Notes under the pieces: model-generated
What the model saw: only the letters and a program-made list of their open reading frames with translations
What the model was told of the DNA's origin: nothing
Databases searched by the model: none
Shown: piece after piece, positions 1 through 9,119 of the stretch
Numbering within the stretch: the stretch's first letter is position 1
Layout of the letters: every line of letters starts with the position of its first letter
Program-made: the position numbers and the translations under genes
Assembly (NCBI GenBank): GCA_000002445.1
Contig: CH464491.1
Coordinates: 1,984,001 to 2,048,000, forward strand
DNA from: Trypanosoma brucei
Taxonomy: Eukaryota
Reading direction: 5' to 3'
Length of the DNA: 64,000 nucleotides

Positions 1-1809
1 TGTTGCCAAGAACTCACCTCCGGGTCCTGAACTTTTTTCGTACAGGGAGTGCCCCATCGCGTTTCGTGGTTGGCACATGCCGGATGGCACAGTCCCTGGA
101 ATCTTAAAGCGGTCAAAGGGCAGCACGACATTCACCGCCTCTACAAGTCCAATGTTGCAAGAGTCTAGTTTGTCATGGAAGAATAAAATAAAGTTGTGGG
201 CAGTCAGCACAGCGGCTGTACCGCGAAGGTCAGGAACAGCATCTTCTGCAAGTTGAAAGTACAGATGCTCTAGACGGTGCACAATATCTTTGGTAAGTAT
301 GGCTTCATATTCCCTTGTCACGGGACATAGCGGCTCCTCAGCGATGTGCTTTTTATCCAACAATCGTTCAACAATGGTTGTAAACTGTCGTGACAACTCG
401 GCGAAGTTAGGACCAATGCACGTTTTTGCTGATAAACGAACGAGTGACTCAACAAACTGACGGTAGTTGATACAGCCGTCCAGGCGCAGCACCTCACTAC
501 GCAGCTTCCGCAGCCGCCCACTCCGCTGATCAACAGGCTCCGAATGATCTTTCTTTTCCTCTTCCTCCAACGTTGTTACAACACAATCAACTGCAACCCC
601 AATAGTTATATAGCCGTTGATGATACGCGCATCGTTTAGTAGTCGAAGAAACTGAGGTATACATAAGTGTCCTGGAAGACGATGCCGCCACCACTCAGTG
701 TGCGTCGTAACAAACTTAATGCCCCTTTGTTTCCCACAGTAGTCAGTGAAAATATCTTTAAGGGGGTTGTTGAATCGCAGTACAAGGAGTCTAATGGACG
801 ATGCGGCGTGTTCAGTTGATCCATCCGAAACGTTGACGAGGTCCGTTAAGGTAACCGAGGGGAGTGGGTCAGACGACATATCTCCGGGAGGAAGATCCAT
901 CTCATTGCAATCAAAGGTTCCGTAATACGAACTGCCAGCGTTTGTTATACATTTTCCCCTTCCAAACTTATTGCCGTCCCTCCATGTACCTTCATATGTA
1001 CTTCCGTCCGCGTAGTAGAAAGTACCAAAGCCATTGCGCTTCCCATTAGCAAACTCACCCTCATACACGTTGATAACAGCGCAGCTAGGATGAGCGAATG
1101 TTGCTGGACCCTCTGTATCTGGTGTTGCCCTAGAGGGGTCAATGTAATGTACGTAGGTGGAGCGCCCAAAACCTTGCGGGACACCCTCATACCACTCACC
1201 CTCATACACTTCTACATAATAAGCGGTACCTGATTTCCATCCCATAGAGCCATGGCCGTGACGCTTACCGTTCACCCACATACCATCATACAAATCACCA
1301 TTCGGATACAACAACTTACCACTGCCGTGGCGCATGTTTTCAGCCCACTCACCCTCATAGTAGGACCCGCCATTTGCGTATGTTTGTCGGCCTTTGCCGT
1401 GGCGTTTACCGTAGCGCCACTGTCCATTGTAGACACCGGTTGCTGTTGTACTCTCCCCATAACCATGGTACACGCCTTTGTACACTTCACCAGCGTATCT
1501 GTCACCGTTTGCCTTAGTTAGAACACCAATGCCGTGTGGAGCATTGTTGTGGAAGCTACCTTCGTATGAGACACCGTTAGCCCAGGATATCCGTCCGTGT
1601 CCCTCCATGCACCCATGTACGAATGTCCCTTCGTAAATAAATCCCATGGCAGAGACAAGTGCCCCGTGGCCGTGAAAAAGATTATCGTCATCCACTTCCC
1701 CAACATACTTTCTCACAGCCGTGGTTGGCACCGTGTTACTCGACACACGATCGGTACACACAGCCTTCAAATATCTGTAAATCTGCACCACTGCTTCCTT
1801 CGTTGTCAT
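1..1809 (-). CDS. MORN-repeat protein (partial; C-terminus beyond left window edge). ATG at 1809-1807 (first in-frame ATG; in-frame stop 1834-1836 just upstream). About 10 MORN repeats (YEGEWxxGxxHGxG pattern) in the N-terminal part, then a non-MORN C-terminal region.
   Basis: Hand translation of the minus strand in frame with codon starts at positions congruent to 0 mod 3. Residues MTTKEAVVQIYRYLKAV, then MGFIYEGTFVHGCMEGHGRISWANGVSYEGSF, then VINVYEGEFANGKRNGFGTFYY. The frame stays open to position 1, and the ORF is absent from the track because it has no stop inside the window. Confidence 0.75.
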   Translation of the reverse strand, partial: MTTKEAVVQIYRYLKAVCTDRVSSNTVPTTAVRKYVGEVDDDNLFHGHGALVSAMGFIYEGTFVHGCMEGHGRISWANGVSYEGSFHNNAPHGIGVLTKANGDRYAGEVYKGVYHGYGESTTATGVYNGQWRYGKRHGKGRQTYANGGSYYEGEWAENMRHGSGKLLYPNGDLYDGMWVNGKRHGHGSMGWKSGTAYYVEVYEGEWYEGVPQGFGRSTYVHYIDPSRATPDTEGPATFAHPSCAVINVYEGEFANGKRNGFGTFYYADGSTYEGTWRDGNKFGRGKCITNAGSSYYGTFDCNEMDLPPGDMSSDPLPSVTLTDLVNVSDGSTEHAASSIRLLVLRFNNPLKDIFTDYCGKQRGIKFVTTHTEWWRHRLPGHLCIPQFLRLLNDARIINGYITIGVAVDCVVTTLEEEEKKDHSEPVDQRSGRLRKLRSEVLRLDGCINYRQFVESLVRLSAKTCIGPNFAELSRQFTTIVERLLDKKHIAEEPLCPVTREYEAILTKDIVHRLEHLYFQLAEDAVPDLRGTAAVLTAHNFILFFHDKLDSCNIGLVEAVNVVLPFDRFKIPGTVPSGMCQPRNAMGHSLYEKSSGPGGEFLAT

Positions 1810-1930
1810 CGCGATACCGCCAACAACTTCCGGCTAAAGTAGTAAAGAAAAGAAAAAGAAGTGAAAAAAAACATTGCACTCAAAACACCACAAGTGAACG
1901 TGCGGTTTCCACCTTCAACGAAGCAACGTG

Positions 1931-1949
1931 CGCACGGATGTATATATAT
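1931..1949. repeat. (TA)9 microsatellite in the intergenic region between the MORN and RRM genes.
   Basis: Read directly: tatatatatatatatatat. Confidence 0.9.
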
Positions 1950-2018
1950 ATATATATATTCGTCTTACTGTCGCAACTAATTATACTTAGAGTCGTCGTA
2001 CAGCCTACGCCAAAACTC

Positions 2019-2678
2019 TTATCCCGCCGACGGAACGTATGACTCGATGAATTTCTTGACGAACTCTGCTTCTTCACTAACCTCTTCCGCCAGGCGACGC
2101 TCGTGGTCTTCACGCATGCGCTTCCGAAGTTTTTGACGGATCTTTGAATGCTCCTTCCTCGACAGCATTAAGCCAAGTTTAAGCTTGCGCACCCCTAAAC
2201 GATCGTACTGGTTGGTGCCGTCCAGCACCTTCACGGCGTGCAGCGCCATCGCCTTGTTACGAAAAGTCAGCACCGCAAAATGTGTCTTGTTCAGTAAACT
2301 ACCCTGCTGAGATGTCCTCAATTCCACTTTCGGCTCATAAGCCTCAAAAACGGTGCGAACATCGTTTCGTTCAGTTCCAGGTCCAACAAAGCAGTGCAAC
2401 CGATACGTACTGTTTGTCTTTCGGTCCTTTCCAGCTTTTTTCTTCTTTATATCGCTCTTGGCGTTGTTGCACTCCTCACTGCGGGTTTCGCTCCCTAAGT
2501 CAGAGGGAACCTCATCGACATCCTCGACGGAAACACCAACCGGCAGACACGATGCACCAGTAGACCTTTTTCCTGATAATCCACGCCGTCGCGGGAACCG
2601 GTTCTCTCCGTCGACCTCAGCACCCCAAATGGCCGCAAGCTCAATTTGTCGCTCCTTCTCCAAATCACGCTTCCCCAT
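2019..2678 (-). CDS. Basic protein with an RRM-like RNA-binding fold (219 aa), possibly nucleolar.
   Basis: ATG verified at 2678-2676. The segment HCFVGPGTERNDVRTVFEAYEPKVELRTS...HFAVLTFRNKAMALHAVKVLDG resembles RNP-type beta-alpha-beta-beta-alpha-beta. It has lysine/arginine-rich tails. Confidence 0.45.
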   Translation of the reverse strand: MGKRDLEKERQIELAAIWGAEVDGENRFPRRRGLSGKRSTGASCLPVGVSVEDVDEVPSDLGSETRSEECNNAKSDIKKKKAGKDRKTNSTYRLHCFVGPGTERNDVRTVFEAYEPKVELRTSQQGSLLNKTHFAVLTFRNKAMALHAVKVLDGTNQYDRLGVRKLKLGLMLSRKEHSKIRQKLRKRMREDHERRLAEEVSEEAEFVKKFIESYVPSAG

Positions 2679-2970
2679 CGGCTCACAATCTAACCTGAAG
2701 TTGAAAACAGCGAGTACACGCCCTCACAACCCCAAAAGGAATTCACAGTTGATTAAACTCCGATGTACTACACAAAAGTAATGGTAAAATTCAGTGATTT
2801 GAGATCACGTGCACTAATCAGCTATACAGTAACATTTCAGGAAAAAACGACATTCCACCACTGAACAAATTTCCTTTTGAAGGTAACGGAACTCCACGCT
2901 TACAATAAATCAAAGGCTCATAACATTAAACAAACCAAACACAATAACATACACACGCTACGCACATTTC

Positions 2971-4812
2971 TTACTTCAATGGGGGACACTGTGGATTGGC
3001 GTTCTGCACGTCCCTTTTCTCCTTCGCCGTAAATTCCAGCACCGTTGCAATAGCTGGAACCATTTTCATTCTCATTTCCTCACAGGAACAGCAAAGGTAC
3101 TGCAGCACCACGTTGCGAACATATTCTACGCTCAGTTGCACGCGTTCCTTGGTTTTGAGCACCTCCATTTCCTTCGTGAATTGAGCTACAACACTATTAT
3201 TGTGATCACACTCGCGTCTCAACACAGCGTTTTCTCTCTCTAACGCCTGAACATTTGCCTGAAGTTGACGAATCTCGTTGTCCCGTTGGCTCTGCTGTGC
3301 AGCAAGAGATAACATGCCCCTCTCGAAGACGCCATCGGATGGGACACGAGCCGCTGCAACTCCTTGCAAAGATGCAGTAGCCACCATCGATTCCTGCTGA
3401 TCTCTCTCTCGCTGGAAAGCCTCCCTCTGACGTTTAATTTCCCTTCGCAAAAGTTCGCATTTCTCTTCAAGTTGGATATTCCTAGCCTCCAGCCCTGCGA
3501 CGACATCGGGCGAAACTAAAGAGCTGCATTTTGCTTCCAAAAGGACAAGCTGGGATCTAGCATCACTGATCATTTGCCTGCTCTTATCTAACTCTGCCGC
3601 AGCCACATCGCGTTCACTTCGCACGCCTTCGATGCTCGAACAGATCAGTTCAAACACCTGCAAAATGGAGTCAGCGTCGCAAACGACACAACACGACTTT
3701 GCTCGCTCTACTAGCAACTTACGAAAAGAGTCCAACCTCTGGGAAAACAAAGAAACGTTCACCAAACGCTCAGCAAACTCGTCGCCAATAACCTCTAAAG
3801 GGTTATCACACTCACAACCAAGGAACGCCAATACCGTGTGACAAAGTTGTTTCAGGTAACAACGCGACGTGCACAACGACGTCCTCAATTCATCGATAGT
3901 GGATTCGTCCTTCGCTTTTGCCACCTGAAATATTTCCCTCCACTCAACCAACTTCTCTTCGTACATACGTTTATCAATTTCTTTTTCATGCAGCAGATGC
4001 CCACACCGTTCCTCAGCATCATTGCACCTGCGAAATAGTTTGCGATTGGCGTCAACCTCGGCCTCCAACTTCGATGTTGTGTTCTCCAACTGGCACCGTA
4101 GAGCGTCAAGCTCCTCACGAAGATCTGCAATACGGGGCTCATCCTCCTCCTTTGTGCTACATAAACCCTTTTTGAGCTGTTCAGCCTCGCTACGGGCTGC
4201 CTCCACGAACCGTGACGCCTCCCCAAGGTCGGCCCGCAACGTCTCATTAGCCTTCCTCAGCTCCTTCACCATGCTGCCAACGAGGGCGGCCTGTTGGAAG
4301 GGATGGCCCTCTGGCACTTGTGCCCCTTGATGCTTCGGCTCTATTTTCCGCTCGATCAACGCCTCCTCCTCTTCCCCCTCCCTAAGGCATTCCTGGGATG
4401 GGGCGCGTCCTTCCTTGAGAAGCTCAGATGCTTCCTCATCCTTCTCTATTTGCATCAGTTGTTCGTGCACAGCTTCCTGTGGTTCGACAGATTCTAGGTT
4501 GTGATGGTTTCCTCCTCCACTTTTCTGCACGTCGAGCTGGGCTGCACTTGTTGCCAGTTGATGTTTTTTCCTCACTGCGCTTAGTTCCTCTTCTAGTTGG
4601 CTAATGCGCAGGCGGTCTTCGAGGGTTTTTTGCTTAATTTTTTCTTTCCATGCAACTACCTTGTCGTGCAAAGTCGCATACTTTAGTTTTTCTCCTGCGA
4701 GGTCATTTCCTAGGGATTCGATAGTTTCTCTCATTGCAGTTACCCTATCTCGGAGTGCGTCGACTTCCCCTCGGTGGGAAGACGGCGAGGCACCTTGATC
4801 CTCAGCGGCCAT
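2971..4812 (-). CDS. GRIP70: Coiled-coil golgin with C-terminal GRIP domain (613 aa, about 70 kDa). Consistent with T. brucei GRIP70.
   Basis: ATG verified at 4812-4810. There is a long heptad-rich coiled-coil. The C-terminal stretch SVEYVRNVVLQYLCCSCEEMRMKMVPAIATVLEFTAKE matches the GRIP consensus (EYLKNVLLQFL ... LxxVIxxLLxF) with the invariant Tyr. Confidence 0.7.
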   Translation of the reverse strand: MAAEDQGASPSSHRGEVDALRDRVTAMRETIESLGNDLAGEKLKYATLHDKVVAWKEKIKQKTLEDRLRISQLEEELSAVRKKHQLATSAAQLDVQKSGGGNHHNLESVEPQEAVHEQLMQIEKDEEASELLKEGRAPSQECLREGEEEEALIERKIEPKHQGAQVPEGHPFQQAALVGSMVKELRKANETLRADLGEASRFVEAARSEAEQLKKGLCSTKEEDEPRIADLREELDALRCQLENTTSKLEAEVDANRKLFRRCNDAEERCGHLLHEKEIDKRMYEEKLVEWREIFQVAKAKDESTIDELRTSLCTSRCYLKQLCHTVLAFLGCECDNPLEVIGDEFAERLVNVSLFSQRLDSFRKLLVERAKSCCVVCDADSILQVFELICSSIEGVRSERDVAAAELDKSRQMISDARSQLVLLEAKCSSLVSPDVVAGLEARNIQLEEKCELLRREIKRQREAFQRERDQQESMVATASLQGVAAARVPSDGVFERGMLSLAAQQSQRDNEIRQLQANVQALERENAVLRRECDHNNSVVAQFTKEMEVLKTKERVQLSVEYVRNVVLQYLCCSCEEMRMKMVPAIATVLEFTAKEKRDVQNANPQCPPLK

Positions 4813-5151
4813 TGAGTCTGCCGACTAGGCTTTGCTTGAGAAGTGGCGATTGAAGTGTGGCAGATCATGTATGTAACCAGTAGACGTTTAAAAAGTTACC
4901 AGTGATCGGCCGAAAGGTCAAGGCATCTGACATTGTCACTTGCAGGATAACAAGTTCACTGTAGTCTTGTAGATGTGATAACAATATCTGTGTATACGTG
5001 TGTGCGCGTGTGGGTGCACGAATGTAGGTAACAACGAGATTGACAGAGTAGTGTGATCTGCGCTCACAGAAAAAGAAAAACAGTACGATTATCAAAAGGA
5101 AAATTCCTATCGACGGGAGAACGCACTACATCAGGGAAAAGTACAAAACGC

Positions 5152-8100
5152 TTACTTCTTTCTCCGTACGTTGTCCCCCCGGTTGGCCGCCTTGTATTGT
5201 TTCTGCTCCACATTCGAAGCAGTCCTCAATAGCTTTTGGTCAACAGCAAATGTTACCGTCTTGTCAGGAACCGAAAATATGGGGAGTACGCCGTACGTTG
5301 ACATACTGTTCTTGAGCCACTCGACCAACTCGGGGGTAGTGGAGCGCTCCCCGTCAGCTGCAGGGAAAGGCACCTCCCCTGAATACAGCCGAACGCACTC
5401 TGCTACCTTCTTCGCTTCAGCATCCACTACCAATATGTGAAAGAGTGACCGTTTGATCACCGCGAAAAGTTTTTTTACTTCCTCGGCACGAACACGTTTT
5501 TCACTGTCCTTCAAGTAGAGGACGGGGTCGTCAGCGCGTTCAAAGCTACAATGCCTACGCACAACCCTGCAGACTTCCCGGGAGGTAATATCCACGGACT
5601 GAATGTTCATTTTTGTCTCGTGGAACAACGATATAGACGCTGACTGACTTCCAACTTGAAAAAGGGTTTGTATTCCCCTTGCCTTCATAGCCTTCCGGAA
5701 CCCGCGTACATCTTGGTCGATGCGAAAACATGCACGTATATTATCCAGCCACAGATTTGCAGAGACAGTAAGAGCGGAATACTTCTGACCTGGCGAGTAA
5801 ACGTCCTGAGGCCGAACCGCAACGCCGCTGAGAAGCAGTCCATCTGTTTGTGGGAACCGAACATGTTCACACACCTCACCAAGTGCGAAAAGATCAACAC
5901 TCAAGCAGACGGCTTGCACGTCGGCATTTCGGGCCCCACATTTACTTGTAAAATTTTCAACACCGCAGCAAAAGGCGATGGCGTGGCCCCTCTCATGCGT
6001 ACGGCACTCGAAGAAAACCCCGTAGTCAATGAACGACCTATCAACGGACGTTTCGGCGGGCTTCAGCCTTGGGTCGATGCAAACACGAACGTTCGATGCC
6101 ACCTGTTTCCCAAATAACTGCAGGGCCTCCGTTATCCTCAAGGTAAAAGTCTTCAATGCTTCTAACCGGTCATGCGAAGAGACGATGTGGTTGCCATCAG
6201 AGAGAGTGCTGTCAACTTTATCAAGAATGGGCCCAATGCTTTTTCCCGGTTCAATGGACTCACATAGGTCACCCAAGTGATCTAACGACTCAACGGAACC
6301 GACTGTTCTTGAATGAGTCGCAGCTAGCCAATCAGCGTGGGATACAATAATCTCCAGTTTGGACTTCAATTCAGCCACCGACAGGAGGTGGAAGAACGAA
6401 AGCAGGGGATCAAGGAACATTTCATCAACTATTCCAGGGGCACTCGACGGAGTGGTGAATACGGCATACGGCCGGGACCTGTAATGAAAATGATAGAAAG
6501 ATCCAATATGGTGATTTGTGAGTAGAGTGAGGTGGTATGCGGTAGCAAGCTGCGGCTGGTTAGGGAACGCCCACACATTGGAGTTCATGTCGATCAGACA
6601 CGATACGTCCTGTTCGCTCAGGAGGGTGTTCAGGGGGACCAAAGGGTCAACGGATGCCAAGGGCATAGCGCCATGAAGCATTCCTATAATATTCACTGCT
6701 TGGATAAGATCAAGTGTAACTGTATGGGTAAGTGCCTTAACGGCATCCTTTACCTGCGGTGGGGGTTTGCAGTGCTGTTTCACTGATGCCTGCTTCACGC
6801 AGTGAAGTACGCGACCAGAAAAGCGTTCACCGTGTCTTTTTATTGTTTCTAGAGCTTCAACCACGTCTGCGGGATCGCCGGGAAGGTCAGCCTTATTTAA
6901 TATTTCCTCCGACGTTCTCCGTTTTCCCGGATCCCGCTCCAGGAGACTTGCAATCACCTCAGCCATTCTCGGATTCCAGGCGTAAAACCATTGAGGAATC
7001 GGTTTTCCACGACTAATATCCGTCATTATGTTGAACCTTTCCCTGAATCCCTGTCCGGCAACAGCCAACCACATCTCAAGCGCTATCATACCCAAGCTGT
7101 ATTCATCCACACTGAAGTCATAACTCTCACCCCGCTCTTGTTCCGGTGCGCAGTAAACAACGGATCCCAGGTTGCCTGTCGGAGAAGGACCCACTTCAAG
7201 TTCATCCAGTGGTCGCACATCATTCAATTCCACATTACTTGGGCTATGCTTCATCGATCGGTGTAGTGTCCGCGCTAACCCAAAATCTGCCACGCGAATG
7301 GTACCAACGTCATCGCTGCTCACGGAGCTCTGCATCTCGAACAGGATGTTGTCCGGCTTAAGATCACGGTGGACTATGCCTTGCCTGTGAAAGTGAGACA
7401 CGACCGTCAGCAACTGACGAAATATTTTCGTTGCCACCTTGTCCCCGTTCCCTGCAGTAAGCAAACTACCTTCCTCTTTGTCGCACTGATCGATCAGATG
7501 CCGCAGGCTATGTTTGGAACACAATTCCATTTGAATGTAAAGTGTAGAAAATTCCTCCTCCTTGTGGGAGTGCATTGGGCTCTGTAAGTCATACAACAGG
7601 TTGCTCTCCTCACCATCATCATCTTCCGCAGAGGAAGAGCAGGAGTAGCATGTTGTGTTTGTTGTCTCCCCGCCACCCTCACCATAGTCGGAGGCGCCGC
7701 CGACCCTAATGCTACCACCGATAGTAGACCGGCGGTTTGAGTCGTAGCTGTGAGTGGTAGATCCATCACCATCGACACAATCGTCCTCAACCTCTTCATC
7801 GCCGTCGAGAACGTAGTCCAACAACTCATCGTCGCACCCCGGCTCGATCCATGCATCGTAGTACCGGACGATGTGTTTGTGGCTGAGAGCGGCCAAACTC
7901 TGAACCTCGCGCAGGGCCTTCTCTGCCTCATTTTTCCTTATCGCTATTTTCTTCACAGCATACAGACGACCATCAACCTTCTTCCGACAGACGTATACAG
8001 GAGCGAACCCACCAGATCCCAGAAGGCACTGCTCAATAAACTCGCTTCGGTACCGACCCGCTGACACTCTCCGGAACGTGCACGTGCCCTCTTCATGTGA

Positions 8101-8862
8101 CCACATCCACTTCATCAGAGGATCCGATCCATCGATGCACACCTGAATGGCATCGCTAAAGATTCGCTTGACGTACTCATACTTCCATGTCACGCATTTC
8201 TGCAAACCTTTTGGAATGAGTCTAGCATCGTTCAGCAAGTAGTTTACGAGTAACTGAAAATTACTGTTAGCTTCCTCCTTCGATTCAGGGTCTTTCAAAT
8301 GGCAACACTTGTTAAGTAAATGCAATGCCAGTACACTGAGCTTAACAACGTCACGTTTCAGCACGCTTTCCTCCGCTCCCGCGGGTGCCTTAGCATTTTC
8401 AATTTCCACCGTCGCTTGGGTTTGTGGGTGGCTATCCTCAGTAGATATCACTCGCTGCACAACTGATATGATCTGCATAATGCAGGGAGCCCCGGCAAGA
8501 AGACAAGGACTTATGGCATCTCTGATGTCCGTTTGGAGTTGTCCAATCTCCGCCTCACTTAGTACGCCATCAAGACCTACTGCTGCTTGGTGGGGAAAGA
8601 GAATACGGACCCTCGGTGCCACGAAGGGGTATCCACCAACGATGCTAACTTCCAACACCACACGCCGTGTGGGTTGCGTTGACGAATCAATGGTAAGCAG
8701 GACGACTGGGTGGAATCCTTCGCGCTCCACAATGTGAATGTCATCATAGTTCGCCCTTAGAAACTCGATTTCATCGGGTACCACATTGGTTACTTCGGTT
8801 TGGCCCTCTGAAATCAAGTCGAACGAAAGACATCCTTCAAACTTTCCCTCGTCTACGTGCAT
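5152..8862 (-). CDS. eIF2K1: eIF2alpha kinase of GCN2 type (1236 aa). Domain order: N-terminal RWD domain, protein kinase domain with a large acidic/Ser-rich insert, and C-terminal HisRS-like/anticodon-binding-like region.
   Basis: ATG verified at 8862-8860. Kinase motifs: GSGGFAPVY (Gly loop), AVKK, HRQGIVHRDLKPDNILF, and DFGLAR. The insert between subdomains is typical of eIF2alpha kinases. The N-terminal fragment LTIDSS...VSIVGGYPFVAPRV fits an RWD/UBC-like fold. The C-terminal 450 aa resemble a class II aaRS-like core. Confidence 0.8.
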   Translation of the reverse strand: MHVDEGKFEGCLSFDLISEGQTEVTNVVPDEIEFLRANYDDIHIVEREGFHPVVLLTIDSSTQPTRRVVLEVSIVGGYPFVAPRVRILFPHQAAVGLDGVLSEAEIGQLQTDIRDAISPCLLAGAPCIMQIISVVQRVISTEDSHPQTQATVEIENAKAPAGAEESVLKRDVVKLSVLALHLLNKCCHLKDPESKEEANSNFQLLVNYLLNDARLIPKGLQKCVTWKYEYVKRIFSDAIQVCIDGSDPLMKWMWSHEEGTCTFRRVSAGRYRSEFIEQCLLGSGGFAPVYVCRKKVDGRLYAVKKIAIRKNEAEKALREVQSLAALSHKHIVRYYDAWIEPGCDDELLDYVLDGDEEVEDDCVDGDGSTTHSYDSNRRSTIGGSIRVGGASDYGEGGGETTNTTCYSCSSSAEDDDGEESNLLYDLQSPMHSHKEEEFSTLYIQMELCSKHSLRHLIDQCDKEEGSLLTAGNGDKVATKIFRQLLTVVSHFHRQGIVHRDLKPDNILFEMQSSVSSDDVGTIRVADFGLARTLHRSMKHSPSNVELNDVRPLDELEVGPSPTGNLGSVVYCAPEQERGESYDFSVDEYSLGMIALEMWLAVAGQGFRERFNIMTDISRGKPIPQWFYAWNPRMAEVIASLLERDPGKRRTSEEILNKADLPGDPADVVEALETIKRHGERFSGRVLHCVKQASVKQHCKPPPQVKDAVKALTHTVTLDLIQAVNIIGMLHGAMPLASVDPLVPLNTLLSEQDVSCLIDMNSNVWAFPNQPQLATAYHLTLLTNHHIGSFYHFHYRSRPYAVFTTPSSAPGIVDEMFLDPLLSFFHLLSVAELKSKLEIIVSHADWLAATHSRTVGSVESLDHLGDLCESIEPGKSIGPILDKVDSTLSDGNHIVSSHDRLEALKTFTLRITEALQLFGKQVASNVRVCIDPRLKPAETSVDRSFIDYGVFFECRTHERGHAIAFCCGVENFTSKCGARNADVQAVCLSVDLFALGEVCEHVRFPQTDGLLLSGVAVRPQDVYSPGQKYSALTVSANLWLDNIRACFRIDQDVRGFRKAMKARGIQTLFQVGSQSASISLFHETKMNIQSVDITSREVCRVVRRHCSFERADDPVLYLKDSEKRVRAEEVKKLFAVIKRSLFHILVVDAEAKKVAECVRLYSGEVPFPAADGERSTTPELVEWLKNSMSTYGVLPIFSVPDKTVTFAVDQKLLRTASNVEQKQYKAANRGDNVRRKK

Positions 8863-9119
8863 TCAAAAATTGAACTATTACCTCCGATACCCTCTGCGTG
8901 AATAAGGGGCGTTTCGTCTTGACCTACATACAAAGAATGTATACAGATATAGTAAGGGAAAGAAGCGTGTGCCCAGAGATATCACCTTTGTGTGGGCTTG
9001 GGGGTTCCACCAAAATACCTCAGTTGCTGTGCTCCAGCTGCGACAGGGAACAAGTATATATAAAACCTCGAGGAAGAGAGCGGGTAAACAATGGGGACGA
9101 TCGCAGGTGCTGCTTCTTT

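Noticed and set aside
1-850. Assigning the C-terminal half of the MORN protein to a VPS9 (Rab5-GEF) domain by analogy with alsin
   Set aside because: I could not find the conserved VPS9 core motifs (acidic Asp finger and hydrophobic YVV..ANP segment) in the translation. I left it as an unassigned domain.
5656-6117. Plus-strand ORFs of 60-170 aa overlapping the minus-strand genes in 1-15.6 kb (for example 5656-6117, 8309-8737, 13504-13866)
   Set aside because: They are antisense to long, domain-bearing minus-strand ORFs. They show no recognisable motifs and odd composition. They are typical shadow ORFs of high-GC codon usage.
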